Of a stretch of 62,562 nucleotides of DNA, positions 49,179-60,446 are shown piece by piece. Both the position numbers and the translations under genes were made by a program. Within the stretch, counting starts at the first letter, position 1; each line of letters starts with the position of its first letter. The stretch is from a virus: UHGV virus genome UHGV-0106067, one strand, 5' to 3'. The notes beneath the pieces are model-generated. The model worked only from the letters and a program-made list of their open reading frames with translations, was not told the DNA's origin and did not search any database.

Positions 49179-51242
49179 TCAGTATGCGCGCTGGAACAGC
49201 CCGATGCCTTCATTGTCATTTGTCGACGTAATTTCATTACACACCATCCATGAGCCCGGAACTGAGGATAGGTTGCCGTCAATGCCATCGGTGTTAGCTT
49301 TCATATAGTTCCCGCTTGCATCTTTGATTATGGCGCATCGCTTAAGGCGTGAACCCTGTACAGTTTCTCCTGGCTGATAGGTTCTGCCGATGTCGGTTGT
49401 ATACGGGGCTAGTGCGGCAATAATGTATGTTCCGATGCTGTAAATTTCCCCGGGTACCAGCCTTCCGGTTGGCCCTTGTGGTCCCTGTGGTCCGGTTTTA
49501 CCATCCAACCCGGGCAGTCCCATCGGCCCTCGCCCTCCGGCAGGGCCCTGTGGCCCCGTTTTACCCGCAGGACCTGCCGGACCAACCGGCCCCGGAACAC
49601 CCTGTGCCCCCGCTGGTCCCCTTTCACCTCGTGGCCCTGCCGGGCCTGCATCACCTTTGGGACCAGCTGCACCAGCCGGTCCCTGTGGGCCTGCGGGCCC
49701 CACTGCTCCCGCAGGTCCTGTCGCCCCCTGCAGCCCACGGAGGCCCTGCTCACCTTTCTGTCCTGCAGGCCCCTGAGGTCCGGGTTCACCGCGCTCACCT
49801 TTCGGACCTGTGGGACCTGCCGGTCCTTGCTCGCCCCTGTCACCTTTCGGTCCAGGTATGCTTTCTCCCGACGGGCGGGTTGTCGCAACCTCTTCTGCCT
49901 TCTGTTTCGCTGCCCTGGCCTCATCCATTGCCGCCTTCACAGCTTTCGGTGTGGCTGCCTTCGTTTCATCATCACTGTCCGTTGCGCTGCTTAACTGCAC
50001 AATTCCCTTCTGTGCCGTCGTCGCATCTGCCACATTTGCTGCGCTGCCCGCCGGGCCTGGCTCCCCACGAGGTCCCTGAGGTCCAGCTTCGCCTCGTTCA
50101 CCTTTCGGACCTGCCGGACCCGGTTCACCTCTCTCTCCGGCGGGGCCCTGTAATCCTTGCGGACCACGTTCCCCGGGTTCCCCTTTCGGCCCCGCAGGTC
50201 CGGTCTCACCGCGCTCTCCCTTTGCTCCTGCCGGCCCCGGCTCACCTCTCGGACCAGTATCCCCCTTTGGTCCCTGAGGCCCCCCCGGGTCTCCTTTTTC
50301 GCCTCTGGCCCCGGTTTCACCACGCGGCCCCATTGCTCCCTGTGGCCCGGTCGCACCACGTGGGCCAGATGGCCCTGTTGCGCCAGCTGGCCCCTGCACT
50401 CCCTGAGGTCCCCGTTCTCCTGTATCACCTTTCTGGCCCGGTATGCCCTGAGGTCCGCGCTCTCCCTGCTCACCTTTCTCCCCACGCGGACCCGCCGGAC
50501 CTGTTTCACCACGAGGACCAGCATCACCTTTCGGCCCTGTATCGCCTTTAGGTCCTCGTGCATTCTCAGCCATACGTCTGGCTTCTTCAGCACTAACCGT
50601 AGCAGCCTCAGCACGTTTAAGAACGTCTCCGGCGGCTTCCTGAGCCACTCTGGCGGTTTCAGCATGTTGTCTGGCCTCTTTAGCGTCAGCTGCCGCTGCC
50701 TTTTCAGACTCACCTGCCCGGGTCGCCGCCTCTGCAGCCTCACTGGCTTTTTGTGCAGACTCCGTCGCTTTGCTGGTCGCAGCCTTCGCGCTTTCTGATG
50801 CAGTCTTCGCACTGGCAGCAGCGCTTTCCTTCGACTGTGAAGCCTGATTATTTTTCACCGCCGTGTCTTCGTTCAGACGACGAATCGTGGCAAGGTCATC
50901 CGCCACATTGTTCTGTATCTGCCGGAAATCTGTCAGCAGTTCTCCGGGTATGCTCACCTCAACAAGACTGCGGCGTAACAGCATATTGAGCGTCACCGTA
51001 CTTTCAGTCCCCTCAATACGCACACGTCCGTAGACAGCAGTCTTCCCTTTCACCGTCACAGAAACCGCATACTCCCCCGGCTCCAGCGTCATTCCGTAAT
51101 ACCCGCCGTCACGAGTCACTGCTGACGCACTGGTGCCGCTGAGCGCATCCGGTGAAACTGTCAGCGCCGTCAGGGTAATATTTGCGCCTGATATCGCCTC
51201 ACCATCAGGAGATTTCAGCGTCCCCGAAACAACAACACTCAC
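49179..51242 (-). CDS. tail fibre protein with collagen-like Gly-X-Y repeats
   Basis: two long GXX tracts ([37 protein letters not shown]...); Ala/Glu-rich coiled-coil segment; C-terminal globular domain. Confidence 0.7.
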   Translation of the reverse strand: MSVVVSGTLKSPDGEAISGANITLTALTVSPDALSGTSASAVTRDGGYYGMTLEPGEYAVSVTVKGKTAVYGRVRIEGTESTVTLNMLLRRSLVEVSIPGELLTDFRQIQNNVADDLATIRRLNEDTAVKNNQASQSKESAAASAKTASESAKAATSKATESAQKASEAAEAATRAGESEKAAAADAKEARQHAETARVAQEAAGDVLKRAEAATVSAEEARRMAENARGPKGDTGPKGDAGPRGETGPAGPRGEKGEQGERGPQGIPGQKGDTGERGPQGVQGPAGATGPSGPRGATGPQGAMGPRGETGARGEKGDPGGPQGPKGDTGPRGEPGPAGAKGERGETGPAGPKGEPGERGPQGLQGPAGERGEPGPAGPKGERGEAGPQGPRGEPGPAGSAANVADATTAQKGIVQLSSATDSDDETKAATPKAVKAAMDEARAAKQKAEEVATTRPSGESIPGPKGDRGEQGPAGPTGPKGERGEPGPQGPAGQKGEQGLRGLQGATGPAGAVGPAGPQGPAGAAGPKGDAGPAGPRGERGPAGAQGVPGPVGPAGPAGKTGPQGPAGGRGPMGLPGLDGKTGPQGPQGPTGRLVPGEIYSIGTYIIAALAPYTTDIGRTYQPGETVQGSRLKRCAIIKDASGNYMKANTDGIDGNLSSVPGSWMVCNEITSTNDNEGIGLFQRAY

Positions 51243-51889
51243 ATTTCACCTCCGTTAAACACCTTCTTGCGGGCCGACAATGTACTGTCAGCCCCCTGTT
51301 TAATCCCGAGCTGCTCAACAAAACTCTGATAATGTTGTGCTGCCAGTCCTGACTCTGCACCACCGGCAGCATCCTTACTGAATGCGCGGAACAACATCCA
51401 GTCAACCAGCGGGTTAACATAAGCCTCTTCCAGCGGTACAGGCGTGTCATCATCCTGCGTCAGAACATACACCGCCTCCGGAATGCGGCTGACCACAGCA
51501 TCAACACTCACAGCCTCCTCCGGTGCCGGAAACAGCCAGAACACGCGCGGGGCAAGGTCACTGCTGATAAAGCATTCCGGTTTCCCCCTCAGCATGTGCC
51601 AGTCGGGATACTGTGCATCAAGCACCTTACGGGATTGCGGTTTTATAGCACTGCCATCGCTGAGGCATATCACGTCAAGAAGCTGTATTGCGCCATCAGG
51701 CAAAGTCTGACGTGCACCAGGAACACAATTCAGCGTCTCCAGACTTGCGCCTGCATCCGGCCTTGCCAGAATCACCGCCCGCACAGCATCATTGTAATAA
51801 TCACACAGCTCAGCCAGAGGCCAGCGCACCATCATCGGGTCAACCAGTTGCGTGTTCACTCGTCCGATGATTTCAGTAATCGTCGTCAT
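51239..51889 (-). CDS. hypothetical structural protein
   Basis: 216-aa ORF coupled to neighbours. Confidence 0.45.
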   Translation of the reverse strand: MTTITEIIGRVNTQLVDPMMVRWPLAELCDYYNDAVRAVILARPDAGASLETLNCVPGARQTLPDGAIQLLDVICLSDGSAIKPQSRKVLDAQYPDWHMLRGKPECFISSDLAPRVFWLFPAPEEAVSVDAVVSRIPEAVYVLTQDDDTPVPLEEAYVNPLVDWMLFRAFSKDAAGGAESGLAAQHYQSFVEQLGIKQGADSTLSARKKVFNGGEM

Positions 51890-52452
51890 CAGTAAAACCT
51901 TTGTCTGCGGACAGGATTGCGGTATGAGGAGTACGGACTTGTCGCCAGTGTGTCGCGATATGCCCGACGGATACCCTCAGAAAACAGCACAGAGAAATAC
52001 TGTGCGCGCGACGGGTCTGACCATGAAACCCCGGTCTGCATGAACAACCGTTCAAGCGCCCCTGCAGCCACTTCTTCAGACCATGCCCGCAGTTCATCCT
52101 GCACCTGACGGCTCCCTGCTTTCGGAGCAACGGCATAAAGCACACTCACCTCTCCGGGCGAACAGGCAAAATGCATTACCCGCCCCGGGCGGATTTCCAC
52201 ATCATGACCGGCAAAAAGCTCACGCCCGTCAGCGAGGATACGAATAATATGTACGCACTCTTCATTCTCCGCGTCATATGGCAGCACACAGTCCTCTCCG
52301 GCTGACGGTGACAGCGTGGCTTCACGGCGGCACAACAGGGACTGACGGCAGAATGCCACTGCCGACATGGATAACGCATCCGTCATCATAATGTTCAGCG
52401 GACCACTGATATGGCGACGGACATACGGTAAAAAATCAGTCAGTTCCGCCAT
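51889..52452 (-). CDS. hypothetical structural protein
   Basis: ORF 51889..52512; start probably internal Met (MAELTDFLPY). Confidence 0.4.
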   Translation of the reverse strand: MAELTDFLPYVRRHISGPLNIMMTDALSMSAVAFCRQSLLCRREATLSPSAGEDCVLPYDAENEECVHIIRILADGRELFAGHDVEIRPGRVMHFACSPGEVSVLYAVAPKAGSRQVQDELRAWSEEVAAGALERLFMQTGVSWSDPSRAQYFSVLFSEGIRRAYRDTLATSPYSSYRNPVRRQRFY

Positions 52453-52897
52453 GCTGTTCAGTCTCCGCAACACGACGGCGAAATGCCTCACGCACACGGA
52501 CACGAAATGCATCAGCCGTTTCTTTCGGGTCTTTGTGAATATTCAGCTCTTCTGCCTCACACAACGTTGCCAGCCGTGCGGACGTGAGTTTGCTCAAATC
52601 CACATCCTGACCACCAACGCTAACCACAAAACTGTTCTCCGCTTCTGCAAGAGCAACCTGTTCTCTTTCCTGCGCCTGCTGTGCCTGCCGCAACTGCTCA
52701 TCCTGTTGTTGCTTTTTGAGCACACCATCAAGCTCTTCATGACGAACCCAGACATCCGGAAAGGCCAGCAACTGCCAGGCAAGCGCGCTGTCAACATGCA
52801 CCGGCTCAAGACGCGGGAACAGTGTACGACTCCCGGTAAGGGTATCCTTTTTCACGGGTTTGGGGCCGATATAGACAACGGCAATTTTCTCGCTCAT
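52436..52897 (-). CDS. hypothetical structural protein
   Basis: 153-aa ORF. Confidence 0.45.
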   Translation of the reverse strand: MSEKIAVVYIGPKPVKKDTLTGSRTLFPRLEPVHVDSALAWQLLAFPDVWVRHEELDGVLKKQQQDEQLRQAQQAQEREQVALAEAENSFVVSVGGQDVDLSKLTSARLATLCEAEELNIHKDPKETADAFRVRVREAFRRRVAETEQHGGTD

Positions 52898-52911
52898 ATA
52901 ATTCCCCGGAT

Positions 52912-52935
52912 AAAAAAGCCCGCATGACGCGGGCC
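52912..52935 (-). terminator. intrinsic terminator within late operon
   Basis: gcccgc-gtcat-gcgggc followed on minus strand by ttttttat. Confidence 0.5.
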
Positions 52936-52947
52936 GGAAGGTTTATA

Positions 52948-53340
52948 TCAGTATCCCACCACGGTATAACGCAGCAGAACATTCAGGGTACCGGTCGCAG
53001 CAGCTGTCTTAATGGTGACCGTAACCAGCTCTCCATCACTCTGTGTGGTGTACGGCTCCACTGGCACATATTTAGCAAAGCTGGCAGTTACTGCACCACT
53101 GTCACCAATGAGCTCATGCTTGCCAGATTTAACGCTGACGGTCGCCGTACCACCAAGACCACCTTTTGAAATCAGTTGGATCCCATTAATGCGAACGCCA
53201 GTCGGCAGTGAGAGAAGATTAATAACGGTTTCCTGTTCGGCAGCATTCACTGTAAACACACCTTCTGCCACCGACTCATTACCATGCGTACCTGAATAAA
53301 CCCGCTCACTCAGTGACGGAGCAAGGATAGTCTTTGCCAT
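52948..53340 (-). CDS. small capsid-associated (decoration-like) protein
   Basis: 130-aa ORF right after major capsid gene, flanked by terminators. Confidence 0.4.
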   Translation of the reverse strand: MAKTILAPSLSERVYSGTHGNESVAEGVFTVNAAEQETVINLLSLPTGVRINGIQLISKGGLGGTATVSVKSGKHELIGDSGAVTASFAKYVPVEPYTTQSDGELVTVTIKTAAATGTLNVLLRYTVVGY

Positions 53341-53354
53341 AATTAATGACTCCT

Positions 53355-53378
53355 GAAAAAGCCGGGCGATAACCCGGC
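53355..53378 (-). terminator. intrinsic terminator after major capsid gene
   Basis: gccggg-ttatc-gcccggc followed on minus strand by tttttcagg. Confidence 0.5.
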
Positions 53379-53394
53379 ATGGGGAAAGGAAAAA

Positions 53395-54609
53395 TCACAG
53401 CTTCACTGCGGTATCAACGGCAATAACACCGTGATCCTGCATCTTGCCGCTCTTCTCGGGGAAACGGATTTTTTTCAGACCGTTGATCCAGCTGATTGCT
53501 ATCTCAGTACGGTTATCCATATCCGTTTTCTTCTCAACCATGTTGAAGTGGCCGCCGCCCTTCTGGCCGTACGCATTCGCCAGCGCCTGAGCCCCCAGCA
53601 GCATGGCACGGTCGATGTTGGTCTTGGCCTGCTTCTCCTCTGTGGTTGCTGCCATATCGTTTTTCGATACAAGGACCTTTGAGTCCTTATAGAAACGGAT
53701 CGGCATCCCCGCATACTTACGGACCAGAATATTGCGCCACATCGCACATTCGCCTTTGAACAGCGGATGGTTAAACCCTTTTGAGCGGTTTACGGCACGC
53801 GTCATCATCTGGTTCCAGTCCTTGCCGGACGTGGAGGTGTACCAGTCATTCCACTGACGCGGCGTGACGTAGAGGACGTAATACGGATCTTCGCCATACA
53901 GCTCATCACCGGACAGGCGTACCGGTTGTAACGGATGAGCCATCTCGTCAATAAACAACGAGAGATTATCGACCAGCGCAAGAGTGAACAGGTCAGACTG
54001 GTCAATACTCTCAAAACTCGTCGCATCCCCACCGAAAAAATGACGATCATGCGTCGGCGGCAGTACGTCGTTGATCATGATTTTTTTGAATTCAGGGTGA
54101 TCTGCCGTTGGCAGAATGGTGTCATCAGCAACAAAATCACCGCGGGCACCGGCAAGATGCACTATCGCACACTGGTCCTGCAGGTCGTTAAAGTACGTAC
54201 CCAGCAGCGTTCTGGCAGAGGATGCCAGGTTGAACTTCGTACGCTGTTGGCTCATACGTCCGCCCGCATCCACCAGGTGACGGCCCTGATTAATTTTCAG
54301 GGAAAAATCAGCATGGCTGAGGTCTTCACCACGGCCTTCAACGCGCTCATCCCCCATCGTCGGACGTTTAGAGAGTTTGTGCATGATGCTGAACGTCACT
54401 TCATCACCGGCCTGTTTGTTGAGGTCCGTGATTCGCACAACCGGTGCACCGGCACTGGTCTGCTTCGTGCTTTTCTTGTCAGGCGAAACTGCTTTTGGTG
54501 CATCCTGCTGTTCAGTGAGTATATTCACCATTGAGCGGTTGCGGTTGGCAGCCGTGAAAAGCGCCACCTGATACAGCTTATTCGCCTGGGCTGTTGTTAC
54601 TGTGGTCAT
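53395..54609 (-). CDS. major capsid protein (by position and size)
   Basis: 404-aa ORF following scaffold-like gene; family not confirmed. Confidence 0.55.
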   Translation of the reverse strand: MTTVTTAQANKLYQVALFTAANRNRSMVNILTEQQDAPKAVSPDKKSTKQTSAGAPVVRITDLNKQAGDEVTFSIMHKLSKRPTMGDERVEGRGEDLSHADFSLKINQGRHLVDAGGRMSQQRTKFNLASSARTLLGTYFNDLQDQCAIVHLAGARGDFVADDTILPTADHPEFKKIMINDVLPPTHDRHFFGGDATSFESIDQSDLFTLALVDNLSLFIDEMAHPLQPVRLSGDELYGEDPYYVLYVTPRQWNDWYTSTSGKDWNQMMTRAVNRSKGFNHPLFKGECAMWRNILVRKYAGMPIRFYKDSKVLVSKNDMAATTEEKQAKTNIDRAMLLGAQALANAYGQKGGGHFNMVEKKTDMDNRTEIAISWINGLKKIRFPEKSGKMQDHGVIAVDTAVKL

Positions 54610-54631
54610 TACGTCAGTACTCCTTCAGTGG

Positions 54632-55639
54632 TTACCCGAGTTTTTCCAGAATCGCGTCAATTTCAGCGTCCGTCATGCCTCGCATGGCTGCTTCAATTTC
54701 GGTATGGGAAGCACCAAGTAACCGTTCAAAATTATCACCGGTTCCGACGGAAGCCGTGTTGCCAAGCTCTGACGGGGAAGCAGGCACTGCCATCTCCCGT
54801 TCAGCGGCTTTCACTTTTTCTTCCGCCGTTTTCCGGATATCCGTGTTGTCTGCCTTGTCATCAGAAGGCGGCTCACTGGCTTCACCAAAAGCGAGCTGCG
54901 TACGGCGGGCCACTTCGGCGAAACGTTCAGTGAGCGGTTTGTCTTTCCATGCGGGGTCATTCTGGAGCTTCCCGTCGATGGATACGGCAACCGAGAAGCG
55001 ATCCGGATCGGAGTTCTGCCACGTTTTCAGCACCGGCACGGCATTCATCGCATCAAGAACCGGTGATAAATCCTCACCACCATGACCTTCTGCCTGCTGT
55101 GCTGATTGCTGAACACGGGACTGGAGATAGTTATTTTTACGGATGAGCGAAGCCACCGCGTCACCAATTTCCGGATACATATCCCTGATACGGGCAATCT
55201 TCTCATCAGAGATTTTTTCGTTTTCCGGTAACGGTGCGGGTTTCATACCGGCCTGGTGGATCTGAGACGTCAGCAGTTCAACCAGGCGTTTTTCTTCGGC
55301 TATCTGTCCCCGAAGAAGTGCGGCTTCCTGTTCGGCCCGCTGCTTACCGGAACGTTCAGCCTCAAGGACTTCATAGGGAATGACGTGTTTACCATCGCGG
55401 GTGAGCACACCCTTCGCCTCCGGCTCCTTCACGTCCTGCGTCTGCTCAGCACTGGCATCCGGCGTCGGTGCCGCAGTGTTATCGCCCGTCTGTGTCTGTG
55501 CTGCCTCATCCGCATGATTTTCTGTGGCGGCCTCTGTCACGCCGTCCTGTTCGTGACCGTCAATATCCACATCCCCAAGTCCTTCCAGCATTTTTTCCAG
55601 TTGTTCCGGGGTTTCTTCACCCGTAAATTCAAAATCCAT
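54632..55639 (-). CDS. scaffolding-like protein
   Basis: 335-aa acidic, helix-rich ORF between portal and capsid genes. Confidence 0.5.
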   Translation of the reverse strand: MDFEFTGEETPEQLEKMLEGLGDVDIDGHEQDGVTEAATENHADEAAQTQTGDNTAAPTPDASAEQTQDVKEPEAKGVLTRDGKHVIPYEVLEAERSGKQRAEQEAALLRGQIAEEKRLVELLTSQIHQAGMKPAPLPENEKISDEKIARIRDMYPEIGDAVASLIRKNNYLQSRVQQSAQQAEGHGGEDLSPVLDAMNAVPVLKTWQNSDPDRFSVAVSIDGKLQNDPAWKDKPLTERFAEVARRTQLAFGEASEPPSDDKADNTDIRKTAEEKVKAAEREMAVPASPSELGNTASVGTGDNFERLLGASHTEIEAAMRGMTDAEIDAILEKLG

Positions 55640-55751
55640 AAATAACTCCGCATGGTCTGTTTATCGGACAGATCCGAATGGTTGAGTAAATAAGGCTTAT
55701 CGCTGCCCCCGCGAATAAGCGCACCGCTCCCGGAACGCTTATCTCCGGAAA

Positions 55752-55776
55752 CAAAAAACCCCGTACGATGACGGGG
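55752..55776 (-). terminator. intrinsic terminator after portal gene
   Basis: ccccgt-catcg-tacgggg followed on minus strand by tttttttg. Confidence 0.5.
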
Positions 55777-55796
55777 TTCCGTTAAGTTCAGGATTT

Positions 55797-57941
55797 TCAG
55801 AGCGGCATTTCATGCATCCGCTGTTGTAGTGTATGCAGCATCTGTTGCTGAAGAACTTCCTGCTCCTGTTCCATATTCTGTATGCCGGTAATGATTTCTG
55901 CCGTATGTGCCTGGTTAAGCGCATCCACATAACGCTGTCCCTGTGCCGCGGCGACATCCCGTTGTGCGCCAGCATTATCCCGTTGCGCAGCCGCGCGTGC
56001 CCTGGCAGCTTCTGCTTCCAGTTTAGCCACCCGGCCTGTCATTTCGCGCATCTGAAGTTCTGCCTGCTGTTGCTCCAGCGCTTGCTGTTGTGCTGCCGCT
56101 TCCTGCTCTTCCGGAGTCATCTCATCCGGTGATTTTGGCGTCCCCAGCGCCGCACGAATACGTTCGACAAATTCCTGTTTCTGCGGCACATCCAGAAGAT
56201 TAACCCACAGATCGAGCACAACAGCCTGCACCTGAGGCGGCAGCCCCTGAATAACCTCTGACATTCTCTGTGCAAGCTGTGCCTTAAACGCCGGTGTCTG
56301 CTGAACAGGAGCCAGCGCAATATGTGTATTTAACCTTGAAATATCATTGGTCAGTTCACCATTATCACCTTCAGCATTGAGGACAATGGTCTGGCGACGC
56401 TGACGATCATCGCGATTAATCACCACCGCATGATTGCGCCGCTTTTTCAGGTCATCAAGAAGATAAGCGAGCAACAGCCTTCCCACCTGCTGGCAGGCAA
56501 ACTGGTAGTTATCGTTGATTTCGGCAAGGGTTGTGGCTCCCTGCTCCACCAGGTTGCTGATCGCCACACCGGACGATGCATTTGAATCCTGCCCGAGAAA
56601 TGCGGAATAAACCCCCATCGTGTCCTGGATAAGTTTTTCCGACTCCTGCATGACCTGAAACTGCTGGCTGGCAACCTGAAAATCCTGTTCAACCCGGAAA
56701 ACATCAGCAACGCTTTTCTGATTTTTTCGGGCCGGATTCAGTTTAATAATGCCATCCGGACGCTCGATCTGCTCCATCAGCTCGTTGTCTGACAACTGGG
56801 TGGCATCCTCGTCCATAATCACGCGTTTGGCCTGAAGCAACCACGTCAGTTTTATACGACGAAAATTCACCTCATCCTGTGCCGGAATGGCCCGGGAAAT
56901 CAGCCCGTAAGGCTCCCCGGTTTTATCCTTCCGGTATCCCCAGAAGGGAACCAGCGGGAACATCCCCTGCGGCGCACTGCAGGGGCGATCCACAATAAAG
57001 TGCGGTCCCACAAACCAGGCTTCACGAATACGACTTACCCGCCCGACTCTCACCTGCACCCGCCCGGATGCCACAGCCACCGCATGCATCAGATTATTTT
57101 TATCAAAGGCCACCACCCGTCCATTACTGAGTTCAATCACCGGAAGACGCTCGAATGTACGGTAATAAACCACCTGAAGCAGCACACGACGGCGTTCACG
57201 CTGAAGCCATTCGTTCTGCTGTCGATCCCATGACTGATACTCTTCCCATGCACTCATCAACGGACTGGGCTGGCCTTCAGTAACCGTGGTATCGACAAAA
57301 CCACGCCAGTCATCAATGGCATAATCGATAACCTGAGCCATTCCCGGAAATGTGGCTTTTGCCTCATCGGTATCCATCCAGCGGCGGCGCATCAGCCAGC
57401 GGCAGTCACTTAAATCAGCCTCCCGGCTGAGCCAGTCCCAGAACACTTCATTCCGGCTGACAGTAGACACCTTAAACTCAGGCCCGAACGGATCGCTGTT
57501 CCGTCTGACCTCCACCCAGCTGAGCCCCGCTTTGATTTGTTCCGCATAGGCATCAGAACGGGCTTTATTCATATTTCCAAGGCGGCAAGCATCGGCAAAT
57601 TCAGCATTAATAGCTTCAGCCAGTTTTTCTGTTTCATCATCAGGATCATCTGATATCACCAACAGATCAGTCCGCGTTTTGGCCTCCATACCCAGAACAC
57701 CATCAACGGTAGGCGCGATGAGGTTATGGATGGTCATCGGCTGACCGCGATCTTTCAACACCTGGAGAACTTCCAGTGGCAACTGGTCACCATCGTAATA
57801 CGCACAGGCCTTGTTTGCGGCATCGCGCCATTTAGGCTGACTGTCAATATCAGAACAAAGCGCCTGTAACTGGCGCTGAGAAAAACGCGGCGTGGCTCCG
57901 TTGTCGTTTTTCGTCGCCATGGTATTAGTTTCATTTTTCAT
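55797..57941 (-). CDS. portal protein
   Basis: 714-aa ORF immediately downstream of terminase large subunit, start overlapping its stop. Confidence 0.65.
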   Translation of the reverse strand: MKNETNTMATKNDNGATPRFSQRQLQALCSDIDSQPKWRDAANKACAYYDGDQLPLEVLQVLKDRGQPMTIHNLIAPTVDGVLGMEAKTRTDLLVISDDPDDETEKLAEAINAEFADACRLGNMNKARSDAYAEQIKAGLSWVEVRRNSDPFGPEFKVSTVSRNEVFWDWLSREADLSDCRWLMRRRWMDTDEAKATFPGMAQVIDYAIDDWRGFVDTTVTEGQPSPLMSAWEEYQSWDRQQNEWLQRERRRVLLQVVYYRTFERLPVIELSNGRVVAFDKNNLMHAVAVASGRVQVRVGRVSRIREAWFVGPHFIVDRPCSAPQGMFPLVPFWGYRKDKTGEPYGLISRAIPAQDEVNFRRIKLTWLLQAKRVIMDEDATQLSDNELMEQIERPDGIIKLNPARKNQKSVADVFRVEQDFQVASQQFQVMQESEKLIQDTMGVYSAFLGQDSNASSGVAISNLVEQGATTLAEINDNYQFACQQVGRLLLAYLLDDLKKRRNHAVVINRDDRQRRQTIVLNAEGDNGELTNDISRLNTHIALAPVQQTPAFKAQLAQRMSEVIQGLPPQVQAVVLDLWVNLLDVPQKQEFVERIRAALGTPKSPDEMTPEEQEAAAQQQALEQQQAELQMREMTGRVAKLEAEAARARAAAQRDNAGAQRDVAAAQGQRYVDALNQAHTAEIITGIQNMEQEQEVLQQQMLHTLQQRMHEMPL

Positions 57942-59647
57942 CAGTGAGCCATCCAGTGTGTGGTTCTGCGTTTATCCGTTTTCTGTTTTACCCTCACCGG
58001 CATTCTGGCGCGCATCTCCTGGGCAATCATGTAGCTCATAAGCTGATCATCAAAACAGCCTTCCTGTGCATTCATGGAGCCTTTCGCGTCATAAACGTAG
58101 GTGTTCATTTCTGATAATGTGCCCGACCAGCGGATCCCCGACAGGCCGTTATTCAGCAGCGTTTTCATTCCCTCTGTCAGGACCGGTTTACTCTGGCGGG
58201 TTGTCAGCCAGCCAAGACGGGGCGTATCGTCGTCATATGCCTGGTCAAGGTGCTGTTCGTTGTAGATATAACGCGTCGGATAGAGTTCCCTGAGTTTCAG
58301 GATAACGGCATGTCCGTGATTGTTACGCTCCGGCCCCACAAACGCATTGTTGTACATACGGCAGACCTGCGCAATGAGATGAGCGAAAAGCTCCGCATCG
58401 AGATGACCAAACCAGTGAGCCACCTGCTCACCATTACTGCATCTGATGATATCCAGCGATGAGCGGTCTCCGTGCTCCAGCCCCTCAGCGGTATCCGCTC
58501 CGCATACATACTCTTCATCCGGATCCGGCAGCTCCCAGACCAGCAGATAATTCATCAGCGTCCGGTGCTGTTCGGCTTTATTCCCGTCACGCAGAGACTG
58601 CGCCTTGGTCTTCGTTCCTGTAACCGGTTCAATGTCATAAACAATCAGCGGTGGCGAACAGAATGACTCTGCCTGCAGCGTGCTTTCCGCACTGAACACC
58701 CGTCGTCCTGACGTCAGAAACGCCTCCTGTGGCGTTGAGGGAAATTCCTGCTTCATTTCCTCACGCTGTTCAGTTTCCTTGCAGATGTACCAGTGTTTCT
58801 GCTCATCGGTAAGCGTGATGTTCATTGCTTTTTCAACCGCAGAAAAATACGCTGTTTTTTCCCGTGACAGCTTAAGTCCGCTTTCCGGCACTCTGGCGCT
58901 GTATTTGAGATCCTGCCACCAGGCGTAAAAATGGAATTTATAATCCTGTGGCGTCAGCGCCAGCCCTGATGCAGTGATTTCCTGTGCCCGGTTACTCATC
59001 TCGTAAAAATCGCCACCCACACCTTCAGCAGTGGATTCATCAAAAATAATGCACTCATCAGAGACGGCATTAAGTGTACCGGTTCGCAGTTCTTTCGCCT
59101 TAGCCGGATATTTTGCGCAAATTTTGCCGTGCTCTGAGATATGCAGGCGCTGCACCGTACCTGAACGGAATGAGGTTGCCACCTGGATACTCGAGCCGTG
59201 ACCAAACAGGATATAGCCACCGCTGGCTCCGCTACGACGTTCAACGATGGTGAATGAGGCTCTCAGCCAGTCAGGAAGATGATCAAACGGTACAGCAATT
59301 TTGGTGCGGAAAATTTCACTGGCAGCCTGTTTATCCTGAGCGACAATCCCGCATTTGAGATGCGGTATGAATAATGCCTGGTCGAGAAGATAAATATCAA
59401 TGGCTGTGGAAAATCCCAGCTGGCGCGCTTTCAGGATAATGTTTTTATTATGCATGTTACGAAACAACTGACGTTGCGCCGGTCGCATTCTGAAGGTGAC
59501 CAGTTCACCTTTTTCGTTCTGTATTTTGTAGAGATGATTGAGGCGCCACCAGGGATTGCTCAGTTTTGTCATAATGAACAGACGTTGTTCGGTCTCAGTC
59601 ATTTCTGCAGATTCATCACATCGCGGTTTATTCTTCCGGAATGTCAT
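57941..59647 (-). CDS. terL: terminase large subunit
   Basis: 568 aa; ATPase then nuclease segments; position after small subunit. Confidence 0.75.
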   Translation of the reverse strand: MTFRKNKPRCDESAEMTETEQRLFIMTKLSNPWWRLNHLYKIQNEKGELVTFRMRPAQRQLFRNMHNKNIILKARQLGFSTAIDIYLLDQALFIPHLKCGIVAQDKQAASEIFRTKIAVPFDHLPDWLRASFTIVERRSGASGGYILFGHGSSIQVATSFRSGTVQRLHISEHGKICAKYPAKAKELRTGTLNAVSDECIIFDESTAEGVGGDFYEMSNRAQEITASGLALTPQDYKFHFYAWWQDLKYSARVPESGLKLSREKTAYFSAVEKAMNITLTDEQKHWYICKETEQREEMKQEFPSTPQEAFLTSGRRVFSAESTLQAESFCSPPLIVYDIEPVTGTKTKAQSLRDGNKAEQHRTLMNYLLVWELPDPDEEYVCGADTAEGLEHGDRSSLDIIRCSNGEQVAHWFGHLDAELFAHLIAQVCRMYNNAFVGPERNNHGHAVILKLRELYPTRYIYNEQHLDQAYDDDTPRLGWLTTRQSKPVLTEGMKTLLNNGLSGIRWSGTLSEMNTYVYDAKGSMNAQEGCFDDQLMSYMIAQEMRARMPVRVKQKTDKRRTTHWMAH

Positions 59648-60446
59648 CCAGTCTCCCCGAATTACTCATTTCATGCAGCGATGACACGATGTCACTGACA
59701 GGCGTAACAACGCCCCGACGCTGGCTGGTCAGAATATCGGTTTCCGCTCTGAGTTTATCTCTGGCGGCGTTGATTCTTTCCCGGTCAGCACGAAGTTTTG
59801 GTGCTGTTTCCGCCAGAACGTCCAGCGTCAGCAATGAGCGTTCAATTGACTCGATACGGGCAATATTCCGGTCAAGAGCCTGTTCGGCTTTAAGTATTTT
59901 GTCGTACAGGGCAACACGGGTTTCCACGTCAGCCGCCTCTTTCAGGTCGGCGAACATTTTTTTCAGTGTTCCTGTTACTGAAAGTGCGCGGGCACGGGTG
60001 AACACCAGTTCATCGAACAGCACCATATCGGACGCATCATCCATGAGGTTATCTGCCTCAAGATACTTCGCATATCCACGGTGTCTCACGGCGTGGGTGT
60101 TACGGTCGCTAAACCGGGCAACGGGGTGAGGATTGCCCGATCTGCTGTTGCGTTTCGTTTCTGCCGAATTTGCGCAGTTTTTTTCAGAATTTTTTGCGCA
60201 TTTTTCATCGTCGGAACCCGCGTCATTGCTGGGTTCTTCATCTGAGATGTCATGATCGATTTCATGATCGATTTCATGATCGGTTTTATGATCGATTTCA
60301 TGATCGATTTTGCCCATTTTTATACGGGTTCTGGCGGTGTTGTAATTAATCTTTTTCTTACGGCACCACTCCAGTAATGTTATTCCCGTTTCGGCATGTT
60401 CGCGTCGGAATGCCTGCTCCAGTTTTTTCCAGTCCAGCTTTGCCAT
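59628..60446 (-). CDS. terminase small subunit-like protein containing (IDHE)n repeat
   Basis: 272-aa ORF upstream of and overlapping terL. Confidence 0.5.
   Translation of the reverse strand: MAKLDWKKLEQAFRREHAETGITLLEWCRKKKINYNTARTRIKMGKIDHEIDHKTDHEIDHEIDHDISDEEPSNDAGSDDEKCAKNSEKNCANSAETKRNSRSGNPHPVARFSDRNTHAVRHRGYAKYLEADNLMDDASDMVLFDELVFTRARALSVTGTLKKMFADLKEAADVETRVALYDKILKAEQALDRNIARIESIERSLLTLDVLAETAPKLRADRERINAARDKLRAETDILTSQRRGVVTPVSDIVSSLHEMSNSGRLDDIPEE
60251..60310. repeat. 12-bp tandem repeat x5 (atgatcgatttc) inside terS coding region
   Basis: read directly; encodes IDHEIDHKTDHEIDHEIDHD. Confidence 0.9.

Noticed and set aside
49427-50812. Long Pro-rich ORFs (49427..50551 plus, 49991..50812 minus, 50157..50798 plus) across the collagen-like region
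   Set aside because: Artefacts of the GC-rich Gly-X-Y repeat DNA read in other frames or strands.
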